Of a DNA stretch of 64,000 nt, positions 31,542 to 42,415 are shown in pieces; positions within the stretch are counted from its first letter, which is position 1, and every line of letters starts with the position of its first letter. The stretch is taken from IMG/VR virus record IMGVR_UViG_3300031834_000001, positions 1 to 64,000 of that record. One strand, 5' to 3'. The DNA comes from a virus. Both the position numbers and the translations under genes were made by a program. The notes under the pieces are model-generated. The model ran no database searches and was not told where the DNA came from. It saw only the letters and a list, made by a program, of their open reading frames with translations.

Positions 31542-31787
31542 CCGCCCGCGGCCGCTCCATGCCCCATGACGAGTATGGGCTACCCCTCGTCACCCTGCCG
31601 CCAGGGGAGCGCGAGGTCCGCCTGCTGGAAATCCAGGCCCGCTTCTATGGACCGGGCCAACGGGGCATGGACCGCTTGGCCGACCTCATCACGGGGATTA
31701 ACGCTAACCTCCCGGCCGAGGAGAGGGAGCGGCGACGCCTGCTATTCACGGACCGTCCCAGGGGTCCGGGAAAGGTTAAGGTGGCCC

Positions 31788-32627
31788 ATGACTGACGCGG
31801 CGTTCGAGGCCCTACTAACTGAATCGCGCCCAATCCGTCGCCGTCTGTCGCGTCGGTTCTGGGTGCCCGGCATGGACCGCGAGGACATGGAGCAGATTCT
31901 GGCCCTCGCGGTCTGGCTGGCCATGGCGAACTTTGACCCGGCGCGATCCCCTCTCGGTTTTTACCTCCGAATGACCATGCTGCGGGCCGCCCAGAGCGTC
32001 GTCAAATCGGCATTTGCGGATGCCCGCCGGGCTCACGTCGGCATCCAGAGTCTTGACGAAATCCGGTCCGGCGAGGACGGCCATCTCCGCCGGGAGCCCT
32101 GGGCGCACGAATCCGGCTACCTCTCTCTGGAGGACGCCGACTGGCAGGAGGACCTCATCGCCGAGGCTCATCTGACCCGCCTGGAGCGCGAGTCGTTCCT
32201 GGGCATCCTCGGCAACCGCTACATCCCCGGCATCCTCAGCGAGATAGCCGCCGACCTCGGAGTCACGGCCGACCAGGTCGGCAATGCCTGGAGTCGGGCT
32301 CGCGGGAAACTCGGCGCGGTCGTGGCTCTCAGGGAACCCCATCGGATCCCGGAGGGCGTGAGAGTTCAAATCGGTTGGCGGCTTACGTCCGGCAAACTCT
32401 GCATGGACGGCCAATGGTACAAGCTTCGCAGGTGGAGCCGGGCCCAGCCGGACTGCTATGAGGCCGAGTCGGGCGGGCAAACGTGTCTCGTTAGGGCGGA
32501 CCGGGTAATCAGGATGGACGCGCGGGCTTGGGGCGGCCGGGCGGAACATGCGGTCGGCGTGGCTACCTGGCGCGGGCCGATGTGGGCGCAGGAGAGTTTC
32601 GGGTGGGAGGATGGCGAGGGTGGCTAA
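31788..32627 (+). CDS. SigH-like sigma-70 family factor with C-terminal extension
   Basis: Region 2-like PGMDREDMEQ...AMANFDPAR; region 4-like LTRLERESF...EIAADLGVTADQVGNAWSRARGKL. Confidence 0.82.
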   Translation: MTDAAFEALLTESRPIRRRLSRRFWVPGMDREDMEQILALAVWLAMANFDPARSPLGFYLRMTMLRAAQSVVKSAFADARRAHVGIQSLDEIRSGEDGHLRREPWAHESGYLSLEDADWQEDLIAEAHLTRLERESFLGILGNRYIPGILSEIAADLGVTADQVGNAWSRARGKLGAVVALREPHRIPEGVRVQIGWRLTSGKLCMDGQWYKLRRWSRAQPDCYEAESGGQTCLVRADRVIRMDARAWGGRAEHAVGVATWRGPMWAQESFGWEDGEGG

Positions 32628-33150
32628 GGCCAAGGCTGTCGGCAGGGTTTACGGCGAGCCCCGGTTATACGAGAAGAAGTTGGCGCGGGTTATGGAACGC
32701 CTGGGCGTCGAGGATTCCGACTTCAACTATGATCGCTTCGGGGCCTCCGTCCAATTTCGCTATAAGGGTTCCCTCTACGCCTTCGAGCACACGGTCGAGC
32801 GGGCCAAGCAACGCGGCCTGGGCATCGTCTACGGCTCCGACTGCTTCGCCCAACTCGTTCACGCCTTGGAGGACATCGCCCGCCTGGTCGAGCGGGGCAT
32901 CTATGACCTCCAGACTTGGGTGGTCGGCCTCAAGGCCCTGCCCGCCGCGACGAACCTGCCCGACTGGTGCAAGGTGCTGGGCCTGGCCGAAATCCCGGTG
33001 TCCTTCGACGACGTGAAAGCCAGGTACCGGGAGTTGTCGAAGGCGCGCCACCCCGACCAGGGCGGCACGGACTCCGAGTTCAGACTGCTCAACGAGGCTT
33101 ACGAAGAAGCCGAACGGAGTTTCGGGAAGGGAGACGGTGAGTGTGTCTGA
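32611..33150 (+). CDS. J-domain (DnaJ-like) protein
   Basis: VLGL...VKARYRELSKARHPDQGG...LNEAYEEA. Confidence 0.9.
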   Translation: MARVAKAKAVGRVYGEPRLYEKKLARVMERLGVEDSDFNYDRFGASVQFRYKGSLYAFEHTVERAKQRGLGIVYGSDCFAQLVHALEDIARLVERGIYDLQTWVVGLKALPAATNLPDWCKVLGLAEIPVSFDDVKARYRELSKARHPDQGGTDSEFRLLNEAYEEAERSFGKGDGECV

Positions 33151-33667
33151 CCAGAAGGATGACCGGCGGGCGCGGTGGGCGGCATGTCTCGCGAGGGGTT
33201 GGGTGTCCCTGGAGGATGAGCGTTTGCTTGACTCCGATTTCGTGTCCGCGCCCGGTGCCCCGTTACCAATATCCATCTTGCCCGGGTTAGGCGTCCTCGA
33301 CGACGTCCGGCAGACTCTCATCATGCGCATGGCCGCCGTCGAAATCGAGTGGGACCACGGCATGCTGACCGACGATGACTACCGCGCTCGCAAGGAGGAT
33401 ATCGTCGCCGAGGTGACCGGGCTGTTCCGGGACACGTTGGGGCGGACGTTGGGATTGGAGAGCGCGTGATCGCCGCCGACCCCGATGACCTGCGCGGCAT
33501 GGGCGACCATAACCGGCTTGATGCGCTCGCCCGATTAGTCGCCTTGGGTCTGCGCCGCAAGGTTAGCCACCTCCCCAGATGGGACGGGCCGAGGGTGGAG
33601 CGGCCGGTGGACTACCTGGTGCTACCGTTTCGCCTGACCATCGTGGTGGACAAGGAGGCCAACGAGG

Positions 33668-34303
33668 ATGGCTAGAGTAGAGAGGTTGCCCCTGTCCCGC
33701 AGGTTCGCTCGCGCTGCCCTGCGCTTCGCAGATTTCGCCCTGCGTCTCTTGGGTTTCCAACACATCTTCAGCACCTGCGAACCCTGCGAATACCCGGTCG
33801 GCCTGGTGACCCACCGGGGCAGGGTGGACATGGTTCTGCGGGCCGGAACGTTAGACCTGTTCGACCATGTGGAGGACCCGAGCCTGTCGGAGGACGCCGT
33901 CGTGTTCCCGCCGTCCCTTACGCGCCGGTTCGTCACCAAGGCCCACGCCCTCTACGAGGTTTGGGGGCGGCCATGCCGACTCCCCCGACCCCTGGCGGAC
34001 GTGACGTTGGCCGAGTTGGCGATGACCTGCATGGTCTGCCCGGCCCAGTGGGAGGGCAAGACGACCGGCGGGCGCGAGGTCTACATCCGCTACCGTCATG
34101 GGCGCTTCACGGTGGACCTGAATGGATTTCGATACTACTCCGCCAAACTCGGCGATGACTCCGCGTCCGACATGACCACCGAGGAGATGCTCGCCTACAC
34201 CGGGATGGCCATGGCTCCCGGAGTCAGCCCGACCGGCTGGGCGGATTGGATGAACGGCGAGACCGAGAAGCGGCAGGAAGGGGAGGTTGGCAAGGATGTC
34301 TGA
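33668..34303 (+). CDS. Hypothetical protein
   Basis: C-terminal TCMVCPAQWEG...YIRYRHG. Confidence 0.65.
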   Translation: MARVERLPLSRRFARAALRFADFALRLLGFQHIFSTCEPCEYPVGLVTHRGRVDMVLRAGTLDLFDHVEDPSLSEDAVVFPPSLTRRFVTKAHALYEVWGRPCRLPRPLADVTLAELAMTCMVCPAQWEGKTTGGREVYIRYRHGRFTVDLNGFRYYSAKLGDDSASDMTTEEMLAYTGMAMAPGVSPTGWADWMNGETEKRQEGEVGKDV

Positions 34304-34668
34304 TGAGTTGACCCGGCCGTGCCCGGACGCTAGGGCGGATGAGATTGCCGCCCGGCTAGCCAAGTATGGCGAAGCGGAAATGTTCACCTCGCCGAGTTGG
34401 GAGGACGTTTCTACCTTGATCGCCGACCGGGCTTGGGCGAACAAGAGACTCCACGGCCGTGGGGTAGGTTGGCTCGCTTATTCCCCCTCGTGGTACGTGA
34501 AAGCCCTGGTGGCCGAGACGACCCCGGAGGAGAGGGCTCGCTACGATGGCTACCGGCGCGGCCAGGGCGACTTCACCGACCGATTCTGTGCCGGGCTCGC
34601 CGAGTGTGCCTTGGGCGACAGGTTGGCCGAGGTCGTTGGTTATATCCAAACTCGCAAGGAGGCTCCCC

Positions 34669-35427
34669 ATGCTGACCAGAGTTGAGCGGCAAGCCCTGCG
34701 GGACAGGCTGGCCCCGGTGGAGGTGAAGTGGAAGAGTTATGGCAGGGATGCCTGGGAGGGGCGCTTCGAGCATTCCGGCGACTTCGTCTGTTGGCTATGG
34801 ATAGAGCATCGCGTCCCGCTCGGTTGGTGGTGGGGGGCGTATGTGGCCGAGAGTATCGCTGCGGGCCATTGCGGGCATTACAGCGTGATAGGTCATGCCA
34901 AGTCGTCCCTCCCTACCCTCGCCGCCGCCCAATCCGCCGCCTCCTCCTGGCTCACCTCCCACCTCCATCCCGACCGGGAGGCCATCCTCTCCCTGCTCGA
35001 CTGGGCGGATGAGGTGGATGCGCCTACGGAGGCGGCCACGTCTATACCCTTCCCGCCCGGATTGACGGGGGAAACCGTGGAAATTGAGGGTGACCTGGTC
35101 GCCACGCCGACCCCGGAGGCCGAGACTCTCCAGGCCATCCAGGAGTGGTTTGAAGCCATGCTGATGAAGACGCGGCCCTGGATGTCCTGGGACGTCGGCA
35201 CGGACGGGCCGTACCCGCCCCACAGGCCATTCGCTATAGGCGTCGAGACTCCGGCGGTTGGCTACGACACTATCCGCGACGGCGCGAGACTCCTGGGCAT
35301 CGAGGCCCCCGAGTGGGGCGCGGCGTATGCGTGGGCAAAGGCGAGGTTGGAACAGTGGAAGGAGGCCACGCGCCCGCAGGCCCTGGAGTGGGCGCGGGTC
35401 AGGGAAGCCGAGGAGGAGTCGCCATGA
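34669..35427 (+). CDS. Hypothetical protein
   Basis: RBS AAGGAGG; internal LPTLAAAQSAASSWL motif. Confidence 0.65.
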   Translation: MLTRVERQALRDRLAPVEVKWKSYGRDAWEGRFEHSGDFVCWLWIEHRVPLGWWWGAYVAESIAAGHCGHYSVIGHAKSSLPTLAAAQSAASSWLTSHLHPDREAILSLLDWADEVDAPTEAATSIPFPPGLTGETVEIEGDLVATPTPEAETLQAIQEWFEAMLMKTRPWMSWDVGTDGPYPPHRPFAIGVETPAVGYDTIRDGARLLGIEAPEWGAAYAWAKARLEQWKEATRPQALEWARVREAEEESP

Positions 35428-35780
35428 CCACCCTATCCCCCAAGGAAATCCTGGCCCTGCGTGGTCGGGAGTTGGATGCCGAGATAGACCGGATGCTGGG
35501 CAGGGACCCCTGGGCGGCGGCGGCCAGCTCGCCCGGTCGGCGCGTCCTTGAGGTTGTCGGCTTCATGTTGTCGAAGGGCTTTTCATTCACCCTGACCGTC
35601 GCGCCCAGCCCCATGCCCATGTTCCGCGCCGCTTTCCAACGTAGCCAGCCCTACGAGTCGGACGCCGACTCCACCTATCCCGCCGATGCTGTCTGCTGGG
35701 CGGCGCTGCTGGCGTGGAGTGAGGAGGGTGAAGGAACCTCCGGCTCCCCGGCCCAACTACCCCACCCGAAAGGAGAGTGA
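35424..35780 (+). CDS. Phage ABA-sandwich-like domain protein (paralog 5)
   Basis: GRELDAEI...AVCWAALLA. Confidence 0.6.
   Translation: MTTLSPKEILALRGRELDAEIDRMLGRDPWAAAASSPGRRVLEVVGFMLSKGFSFTLTVAPSPMPMFRAAFQRSQPYESDADSTYPADAVCWAALLAWSEEGEGTSGSPAQLPHPKGE
35731..35760 (+). promoter_or_regulatory. Recurrent bipartite promoter-like motif
   Basis: AAGGAACCTC-N13-CAACTAC just upstream of RBS AAGGAG and the start at 35777. Confidence 0.65.
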
Positions 35781-36986
35781 TGACCATGACCACCAAACTC
35801 CCCGTGCCCGTCCGTTCCGGCCTCCCTCACGGCTATGACTTCGATGTCCGCCTAGACGGCCGGTCCGTCACCGTCGAGCTAGTCCGAAGCACCCTCTTGG
35901 CGTCCAACTCGGTTGCCAGGAGACCCGCAAACTTCTTCGTTCCCATCGACTCCACCACACTTACCCCGCCCTCCTGGTTTGCCTGGCTATTTGGTGACCG
36001 CCTCCACCTCCGGGTCCGGCAGGCTGGCCGAGAACTCGCGAGGAGGGCCTGGGAGAGGGAGGCCGCCACGAAGCCCCCGCCGGATAGGACGCCCCGCAAG
36101 TACCGGGCCAACGACATCGTCAAGGGGTACCAGCCGACTGAGGGGATGGCTGAGGACGCCGAGCCGCCCAAGGGTGGCAGCGGGGTCAGGTATCCCGCGA
36201 CAGTCAAAGTAACCAAGGTGAGCCGGGGAACCCTCGACTCCCTGGTGGCCGAAGAAGTTGAGGTCGCCGAGGGCGAGTTGGGTGATCCGGCAGAGGAGGT
36301 CTCTCCGTGAGAACTAGATGGACATGGGGTTTCCGCGAGGACACGCCCTACACGCTGACCCGGCGTGCCGAAGGCCCCAACGTGGTCTTCGAGATTGACG
36401 GGCGATCCCGGTGGCGCCGTGTGGACTACCGGTATGGCTACTACTACCCCACCTGGCACTGGGTTGTCACGCCGTTCACCTGGGCTGGCACGCTTTGCGG
36501 GCGCGCCTTCGAGGAGAGAGTGGCCAAGGCTGCCGGGCAGGCCGAGAGGCTTCTGGCGTTGCTGAGGGCCGGGGATGACGAAGCGAAGCGGGCGCACGAG
36601 GAGGCCAAGAGGGTGGCGGGGCTAGTCGGAGATGACGGAGGCGAGGGTAAGCCATGACCTGCAGAGTGGTCGTCGAACCGCGAGGAGACGCCGTCGTTGT
36701 CAGGCTTACCAGGTGCCTGGCGAACTGCGCACCGATGATGAGCGGTTCTTGCGTCGAGGAAGAGGACCCGGAGGCGTGCTCCGAGCGTCGGCCTGTCTGG
36801 TGGGTCTACCTGCCCGGCTGGCTGGCCCGGTTGTTCGGAGCCACCCCCGAGTCCAGGGTTGCCCGCGCCCATCGGATAGCCGCAAGGCACGCCGAGAGGC
36901 TCAACGTCCAAGGTGAACGGTATGACCGGGCGTGCGAGCAGGCCAAGAGGGTAGCAATGTTGTGGGGAAGTGGCAAGGATGTCTAG
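35777..36986 (+). other. Three tandem paralogous genes (35777-36310, 36307-36657, 36654-36986)
   Basis: Shared W...L(F/C)G......RV..A motif preceded by Pro. Confidence 0.6.
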
Positions 36987-38757
36987 CCTAACCGGCAGGC
37001 CCACCTGTCCCCGGTTGGTGGCATTGGAGGTTACCGCCCATGGCGAGAAGGCCAGGGGGTATCGTTGCGCCAACGTGTTCTGCTTGGAGCGCCCGCCCAA
37101 CCCGTGCGACTGGAGCGAGCCATTCACCCCGGCAGACTCGCAACCTCTGCCGACGCCGCCAGCCAAGGCCCAGTCGCGGTTTTGTGACGCCTGCCAGGAG
37201 ACGGACTGGCGGAACGCGGATGGCTCCTGGCCGCGAGAGTGGAGACGGTGGTATCAATTCGGATGGGTTGCCAAGTTGGCCGGCCACATCCACCTGGCCT
37301 GCTACTCCGAGTGGGCCGCTAAGCATCCCGACCGGACCGGCGTTGCCGTGTGCGAGGCAGACGTCGATGACTAACCTTCTCCCGGCCACCTGGCTCGGTT
37401 GGCTGGCCTGGTGCGCGTTGCTTATCGCCAACTATTTCCTTTGGCGACTCCTCTCCCGCATGGTCGGCCTCGACGCCGGGCTCGGCAGACCGGCCACGGC
37501 TGAGGAGGTTGTCGTGTGGGGCCTGGGGCGAGTGGAGAAGCGGCTCGAATGGTGGAAGACGCATGGAGGTGTTGAGGATGGCTAGGACGACCACGGTAAC
37601 CTGCGACTACTGCGGGGCCGAGTTCGGAGAGGCGATGGAATTCATCAATGTGGCCGTGTCCGTCTTGGGCGTGCGGCGCGGCGAGATTCGCAGTGGATGG
37701 GCCCAGACGCTCGCCAGCCTCATCGTTCCGGGCGACTACTGCGACTGGCGGTGCCTGCTCAAACGGCTGGCCGAGTATGCCAAGGCGGACGGGCTCGACG
37801 TGAAGGACCCGCTGACCGAGGAGGCCCCCGTCATCCCCAATCCGCCCCAGACTCCCCCGCGCGGAGGTTGGATCAGGAAGGGCGGGATAGGCGAGGTTCC
37901 CACGTCAGCCAGGCCGCCACTGCTACCGGGGATTCCGAAGGAGGTTGGGCCATGAGCGACCACGTCTCCCGCGCCAGGATGCCCATTTCCCAGGACCTCC
38001 TCGCCGCCCTCACCCTCCGACCCTGGCAGGCGTTCCTTGTTCGCCTGGCAACCCTGGTCGGCATGGGCAAACGGCTGACCGACTACTTCCAGGGGCGCGC
38101 CCTGGTGGCCCATGTCCGCCGGAGGTTCAACGAGGATTTCCGGCGCAGGTGGGAAGAGGCGGAGCGGAAGGTGGAGGACGAAATCCTGTACGGCACAGGG
38201 TTCAATATCCCGATGGGTATCCTCGATAACCGCGATGACCGGGCGCTCAACGCTTATCAGGAAGACGAGGAGGTTGACCATGACTGACACGCGTACTATC
38301 ACCCTCCGGTTCGCCGTGGACATCGAGGTGGCCGTGGTGGATGGCCGGATAAGCCTGGACGGTGTTCGCGGGGCCGCCTTGGCCAACCTGGCTACCCAAC
38401 TTGAGAAACTCTGCTTGCCGGGCCGGACGCTCCTCGTATCGCCGGGAACGGTAACGCTGACCCTGGCTTCCATGCCCGGCGTGGGAGCCACGTTGTCCGA
38501 GGCTGGGCGGGGCTTCAGTTTCCTCCCAGCCGTATTGGCCGCTTTCCACGTCAAACCTGTCGGGCCTCGTGGGTTGGAGTGCCGGGAGATCATCATCGAC
38601 GAATTGAGCGAGAAGGCCCCATGACTCTCCCCCTCATCTTCCATGTCACCCGAGCCCTCCCGCTCGGACCGTCCTCCTGGCGTTCCGGGACGATACCCGC
38701 CGACTGCGGGCCGCCCAAGCCGGGTCAGGTGGTCATGGTGAAGATGGAGGCCGACTC

Positions 38758-39807
38758 TTGACCACCCTTACCGCTCCCCAACTGGTCTATCAAGCCGCCC
38801 TGGCTACCGGGTGGCCCGCTTCCGCCGTGGCCGACGTGCCCGACGGGACTTGCTGGCTCTGCCAGGGGGAGACCGGCGGCAGGGGTCGGCTGGTCGGCGG
38901 CATGTTGTCCGACACGTTCAACGACTCCAACCTGGCTCGCGGCGGGGGCCAGTCTCTCTGCCCGGCCTGCGTCTTCTGCCTGCAGGAAAGGGTTCGCGCC
39001 AAGGCGGGCGAGTCGGCCAAGTTGAGCCCGGATGAGCGAGCTGCCCATCGTCGAGCCATGAAGGACCCCGCCCAGGCGGCAAACGGCGTCCTCGGTCTCC
39101 GCATGTTCTCCTATCTTGCCACGTCCAACAGACTCCTCCTGCCCGACCGTTCCGAGTGGCGGGACATACTCCTCTCCCCTCCCGAGCCGCCCTGGACCGC
39201 CGCGATAGCCCTTTCCGGCCAGAAACACCTAGCCTTGCGCGGCAGGGTCAACTGGTCCAACCTGGCCCCCATCGTCCTTCTCGAAATCCAGCTTATCCAG
39301 TTCACCCCGGCCAACCTCGCCGCCGACCTGGCCATCATCGAGGACGGGATGACCGTGTTCTCCAAGACGGAACTGGAGACCGGAGATTACTCCATCCACC
39401 GGATAGGCCAGTTCGGACTCGACCGCTTCGAGGAACTGGAGGGACGCCTGGCGGCCATGCGTCTCCGGCGAAGCCAGTTTACCCTGGCCGTCTACGTGGC
39501 GAGGGAACCTCATGACTCCAGGTGTACTCGGCCCGTCCAACCTCGCCCGAACACCGGGGTATCCGTGCCCGCTTGCTTCCGCCAGAAGACCCCAACGGCC
39601 AAGGCGCAACAAGAAGTCTGGTTCGCCGACCCGGCCAACCGCGCCAAGTGGTCCATGCGGCCCGGCGCGTGGGAGTGTCACCCCGAGTGCCGGGTACTCC
39701 TGGCTCGGTCAGGCGGGCAGAAGGAACCTCGCCCGGCGGCTAGCAACTCCATGATAGCGAGGGAGGGTTGGGCCGATGGACTCTTCGGGGAGGCCAAGGT
39801 TCGCTAG
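38758..39807 (+). CDS. csf1: Type IV CRISPR-associated Csf1 (Cas8-like large subunit)
   Basis: CWLC...SDTFND...LCPACVFC Zn finger; LLSPPEPPW...SGQKH. Confidence 0.85.
   Translation: MTTLTAPQLVYQAALATGWPASAVADVPDGTCWLCQGETGGRGRLVGGMLSDTFNDSNLARGGGQSLCPACVFCLQERVRAKAGESAKLSPDERAAHRRAMKDPAQAANGVLGLRMFSYLATSNRLLLPDRSEWRDILLSPPEPPWTAAIALSGQKHLALRGRVNWSNLAPIVLLEIQLIQFTPANLAADLAIIEDGMTVFSKTELETGDYSIHRIGQFGLDRFEELEGRLAAMRLRRSQFTLAVYVAREPHDSRCTRPVQPRPNTGVSVPACFRQKTPTAKAQQEVWFADPANRAKWSMRPGAWECHPECRVLLARSGGQKEPRPAASNSMIAREGWADGLFGEAKVR
39721..39750 (+). promoter_or_regulatory. Recurrent bipartite promoter-like motif inside the csf1 3' end
   Basis: AAGGAACCTC-N13-CAACTCC upstream of RBS GGAGG and ATG 39776. 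Confidence 0.6.
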
Positions 39808-40903
39808 GCCGTTCTTCGTGACCCCGCACGCCGTGGACCAATTTCGCGCCAAGATAGCCGACCTCGCCCCGGCGGACGTGATAACCGAGGTCCAACGGAT
39901 GATGCAGGATAAGCGGCTGCCGCCAACCTGGACGCCCAAGGGGAGCCCGTCCGCCAAGGTTGCCTGTATCCTCCCCGTTGACGCCGAGTTGCGCGAGGGT
40001 GGCCTGACGCTTATCTATCTCGGGTGGCTCGGGAGCAACCCGGTGTATATTCCCACCCTGGCCCCCGACGGAGTTCATGGGGGCTGGCCGTCCGTGCCTA
40101 CCGTCATGGGCAAGGAGTCCAGGCTTCACAACGTTCTCGTCCGGGCGGCGGCGTGGAAGAAGCGGTGCGGCAGGTTCCCTCTGCGGCGATGGGTGGAGGA
40201 GGACGACCGCCTACTCGCGGCGCTAAGGGATGCCGGGTTCAGCATCCGGCAAGTGGCGTCCATCATGCGCCGGGGCCACCACACTGTCTGGCGGCACACT
40301 CGCCACCCACTGGATCGCCGACAAGACTGGCCCGCTGACGACGTCCAGGCCGCCGTGGCGCTAAGGGCGGGCGGCAAGTCCTGCCGGGAGGCCGGGCTCA
40401 TCCTGGGGCGCACATCGGGCGGCGTGGCCATGCGGCTCTACAGGTACCGCCGGGAACATCCGAGGGACAAGCGAGCCCGGACCACCGTGCCCGGCCCATG
40501 GCCGAAGGAGGACGTGACCCTCGCGGTAGCCATGCGGGCCGAGGGGAAGACGCTGGCCCGGATAGGCGAGGCCGTCCACCGGAGCCGGGCCGCCGTGAGT
40601 TGGCGGATTGTCCGGGAGAGCAGGAAGCCTCTAGCCCCCGAGGTTACCGGGCCGTGGACGGAGGCCGAGTTGGAGTTAGCCCACAACCTGCGGGCCAAGG
40701 GGAAATCGTGCCCCTGCATCGCTCGGAAACTCAAGCGGAGCGTGGGGGCCGTCTACCGCAAACTTGCCCTAATCCGCGAGAAGCGCCTGGCCGATCCGAG
40801 GGGGCGGGCCATCGCGGGGATGGTGGGCCGGATAATCAAGGTAGTCAGAAAGGAGGGCATCGAATGTCTACCGGAACCTTTCAGCCAGAAGAACGCTCCC
40901 TAA
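39776..40903 (+). CDS. Protein with four tandem Myb/GcrA-like HTH repeats
   Basis: W..ED-like...(L/M)R..G.(S/T)...R...V pattern repeated four times. Confidence 0.75.
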   Translation: MDSSGRPRFARPFFVTPHAVDQFRAKIADLAPADVITEVQRMMQDKRLPPTWTPKGSPSAKVACILPVDAELREGGLTLIYLGWLGSNPVYIPTLAPDGVHGGWPSVPTVMGKESRLHNVLVRAAAWKKRCGRFPLRRWVEEDDRLLAALRDAGFSIRQVASIMRRGHHTVWRHTRHPLDRRQDWPADDVQAAVALRAGGKSCREAGLILGRTSGGVAMRLYRYRREHPRDKRARTTVPGPWPKEDVTLAVAMRAEGKTLARIGEAVHRSRAAVSWRIVRESRKPLAPEVTGPWTEAELELAHNLRAKGKSCPCIARKLKRSVGAVYRKLALIREKRLADPRGRAIAGMVGRIIKVVRKEGIECLPEPFSQKNAP

Positions 40904-41388
40904 TTCACGGATTCTGGACGCGCCACGAAAGCCGGGCCATAGCGGCTTTGTTGGTCTACGGCATCTACCGCTCGCGAGACCAGGGCCGTTTCAAGGTCAC
41001 GCCCGACATGTGGGGCCGGATTGAGCGGGCGGTCAAATCCTGCGCCCTGAGCGCTCAGGACTTGGAGGAATTCATCGACCGCTTCAAGTCCAAGATGCAG
41101 TGTTCGACCATCCACCCCCGATACATGCGGTCCGACCTCGGCGTCGGCCAAACTCTTGTTGAGGACCGCAGGACCGGCGAAATCCTCGGTACCAGCGGCG
41201 ACCGCCGGGAATTCTGGGTGGAAATTCTGGAGGACGCCGACCACAAGGCCGCCCTGGACGCCCTGTACCGCCAGACAGGCGCGGTTGTCGCCTTGGTCCG
41301 TGACCGCCTGGAGCGCGAGAAACCCCTGGAAGCCATGATTGGAGAGGAGACGCGAAATGACGGCGACACCGACAACAAGGCCGAGTAG
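40864..41388 (+). CDS. Cas11-like small subunit of type IV-B
   Basis: About 175 aa, helical, between csf1 and csf2; ends LVRDRLEREK. Confidence 0.65.
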   Translation: MSTGTFQPEERSLIHGFWTRHESRAIAALLVYGIYRSRDQGRFKVTPDMWGRIERAVKSCALSAQDLEEFIDRFKSKMQCSTIHPRYMRSDLGVGQTLVEDRRTGEILGTSGDRREFWVEILEDADHKAALDALYRQTGAVVALVRDRLEREKPLEAMIGEETRNDGDTDNKAE

Positions 41389-42415
41389 TTCCTATAAAAC
41401 CTACTACTTGGAGGGCATCGTGACCCTCCTGTCCCCCCTGTCGCATATCGGGGAGAATCTCGGCACGACGACCCACTTTTCCCGGCAGGCCATCGTCGGC
41501 CCCGACGGGAAACGCGTGGAGTGCTTCGCCCATTCGGGCAACGGGTTCCGGGGTCACTTCCGGGACGATGGGGTGAAGCACCTCCTCCGCGCCCTGGGTA
41601 GCCCGAACCTGCCGCCCAAGCCGTTTCACCTGCTCTTCGGTGGCGGCACGATGACCGGGGAATTCGTGGTGGACATTGACCTCGCCCGGCGACTCCGGGA
41701 AGCCCTGCCTCTCCTATCTCTCTTCGGGGCCGCGACGGGCAATCACATCATGCCCGGCAAGTGGAACACGGGTATCCTGTGGCCAATCTGCGCCGAGACG
41801 CAACGGCTCCTCCCGGCCTATCTGCGGAACCCCGAGGCCCCGTCCTGCCGGACGTGGATAACCGAACTCAACTTCAGCAGAAAGGACGACGGGAAGGATG
41901 AGCGGCTAACCCGACACATGCTACCCGGCGCGACGGGCCAGTTGGCGTTAGGGGGAGCCGAGCCCACGCCGAAAAAGAGGGGCAAGGGCAAGCCTAGCGA
42001 CGACGGGGAGGCCGGGGACGAACCGGCCCAGCAGATGCGCTATACCGTCCAGGCCCTCGCGGCGGGCGGCGAACTCTTCCAACGCATCCACGTCCTCGAC
42101 GCCACCGAGTTGGAGTTCGGGGCTCTCATGTCCTGCTTCTCCGAGTGGTCCCAGGCCCCCTATCTGGGCGGCAACAACGCGAAGGGCCTGGGGCTCGTTG
42201 CGGGCGAGTGGACCTACCAGACCGGCGAGATGGACGAACCGGCCCCGCTAGTCTCCGCCGGGCCGGGGGAGTTCGCGCCGAAGAACGCGGGCAAGGAGGC
42301 CCTGGACCGCTACGACGCCTATCTCCTCGACGCCTACGAGAGGTACATTTCGGGCAACGCGCCCGAAATCAGGCAGGCCCTCGGGGTAAGCGGAGGGGTC
42401 CATGGAACCGCTTAG
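41357..42415 (+). CDS. csf2: Type IV Csf2 (Cas7-like RAMP backbone)
   Basis: TLLSPLSHIG, SGNGFRGHFRD, LFGGG, LSLFG, G-loop LGGNNAKGLG. Confidence 0.9.
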   Translation: MTATPTTRPSSSYKTYYLEGIVTLLSPLSHIGENLGTTTHFSRQAIVGPDGKRVECFAHSGNGFRGHFRDDGVKHLLRALGSPNLPPKPFHLLFGGGTMTGEFVVDIDLARRLREALPLLSLFGAATGNHIMPGKWNTGILWPICAETQRLLPAYLRNPEAPSCRTWITELNFSRKDDGKDERLTRHMLPGATGQLALGGAEPTPKKRGKGKPSDDGEAGDEPAQQMRYTVQALAAGGELFQRIHVLDATELEFGALMSCFSEWSQAPYLGGNNAKGLGLVAGEWTYQTGEMDEPAPLVSAGPGEFAPKNAGKEALDRYDAYLLDAYERYISGNAPEIRQALGVSGGVHGTA

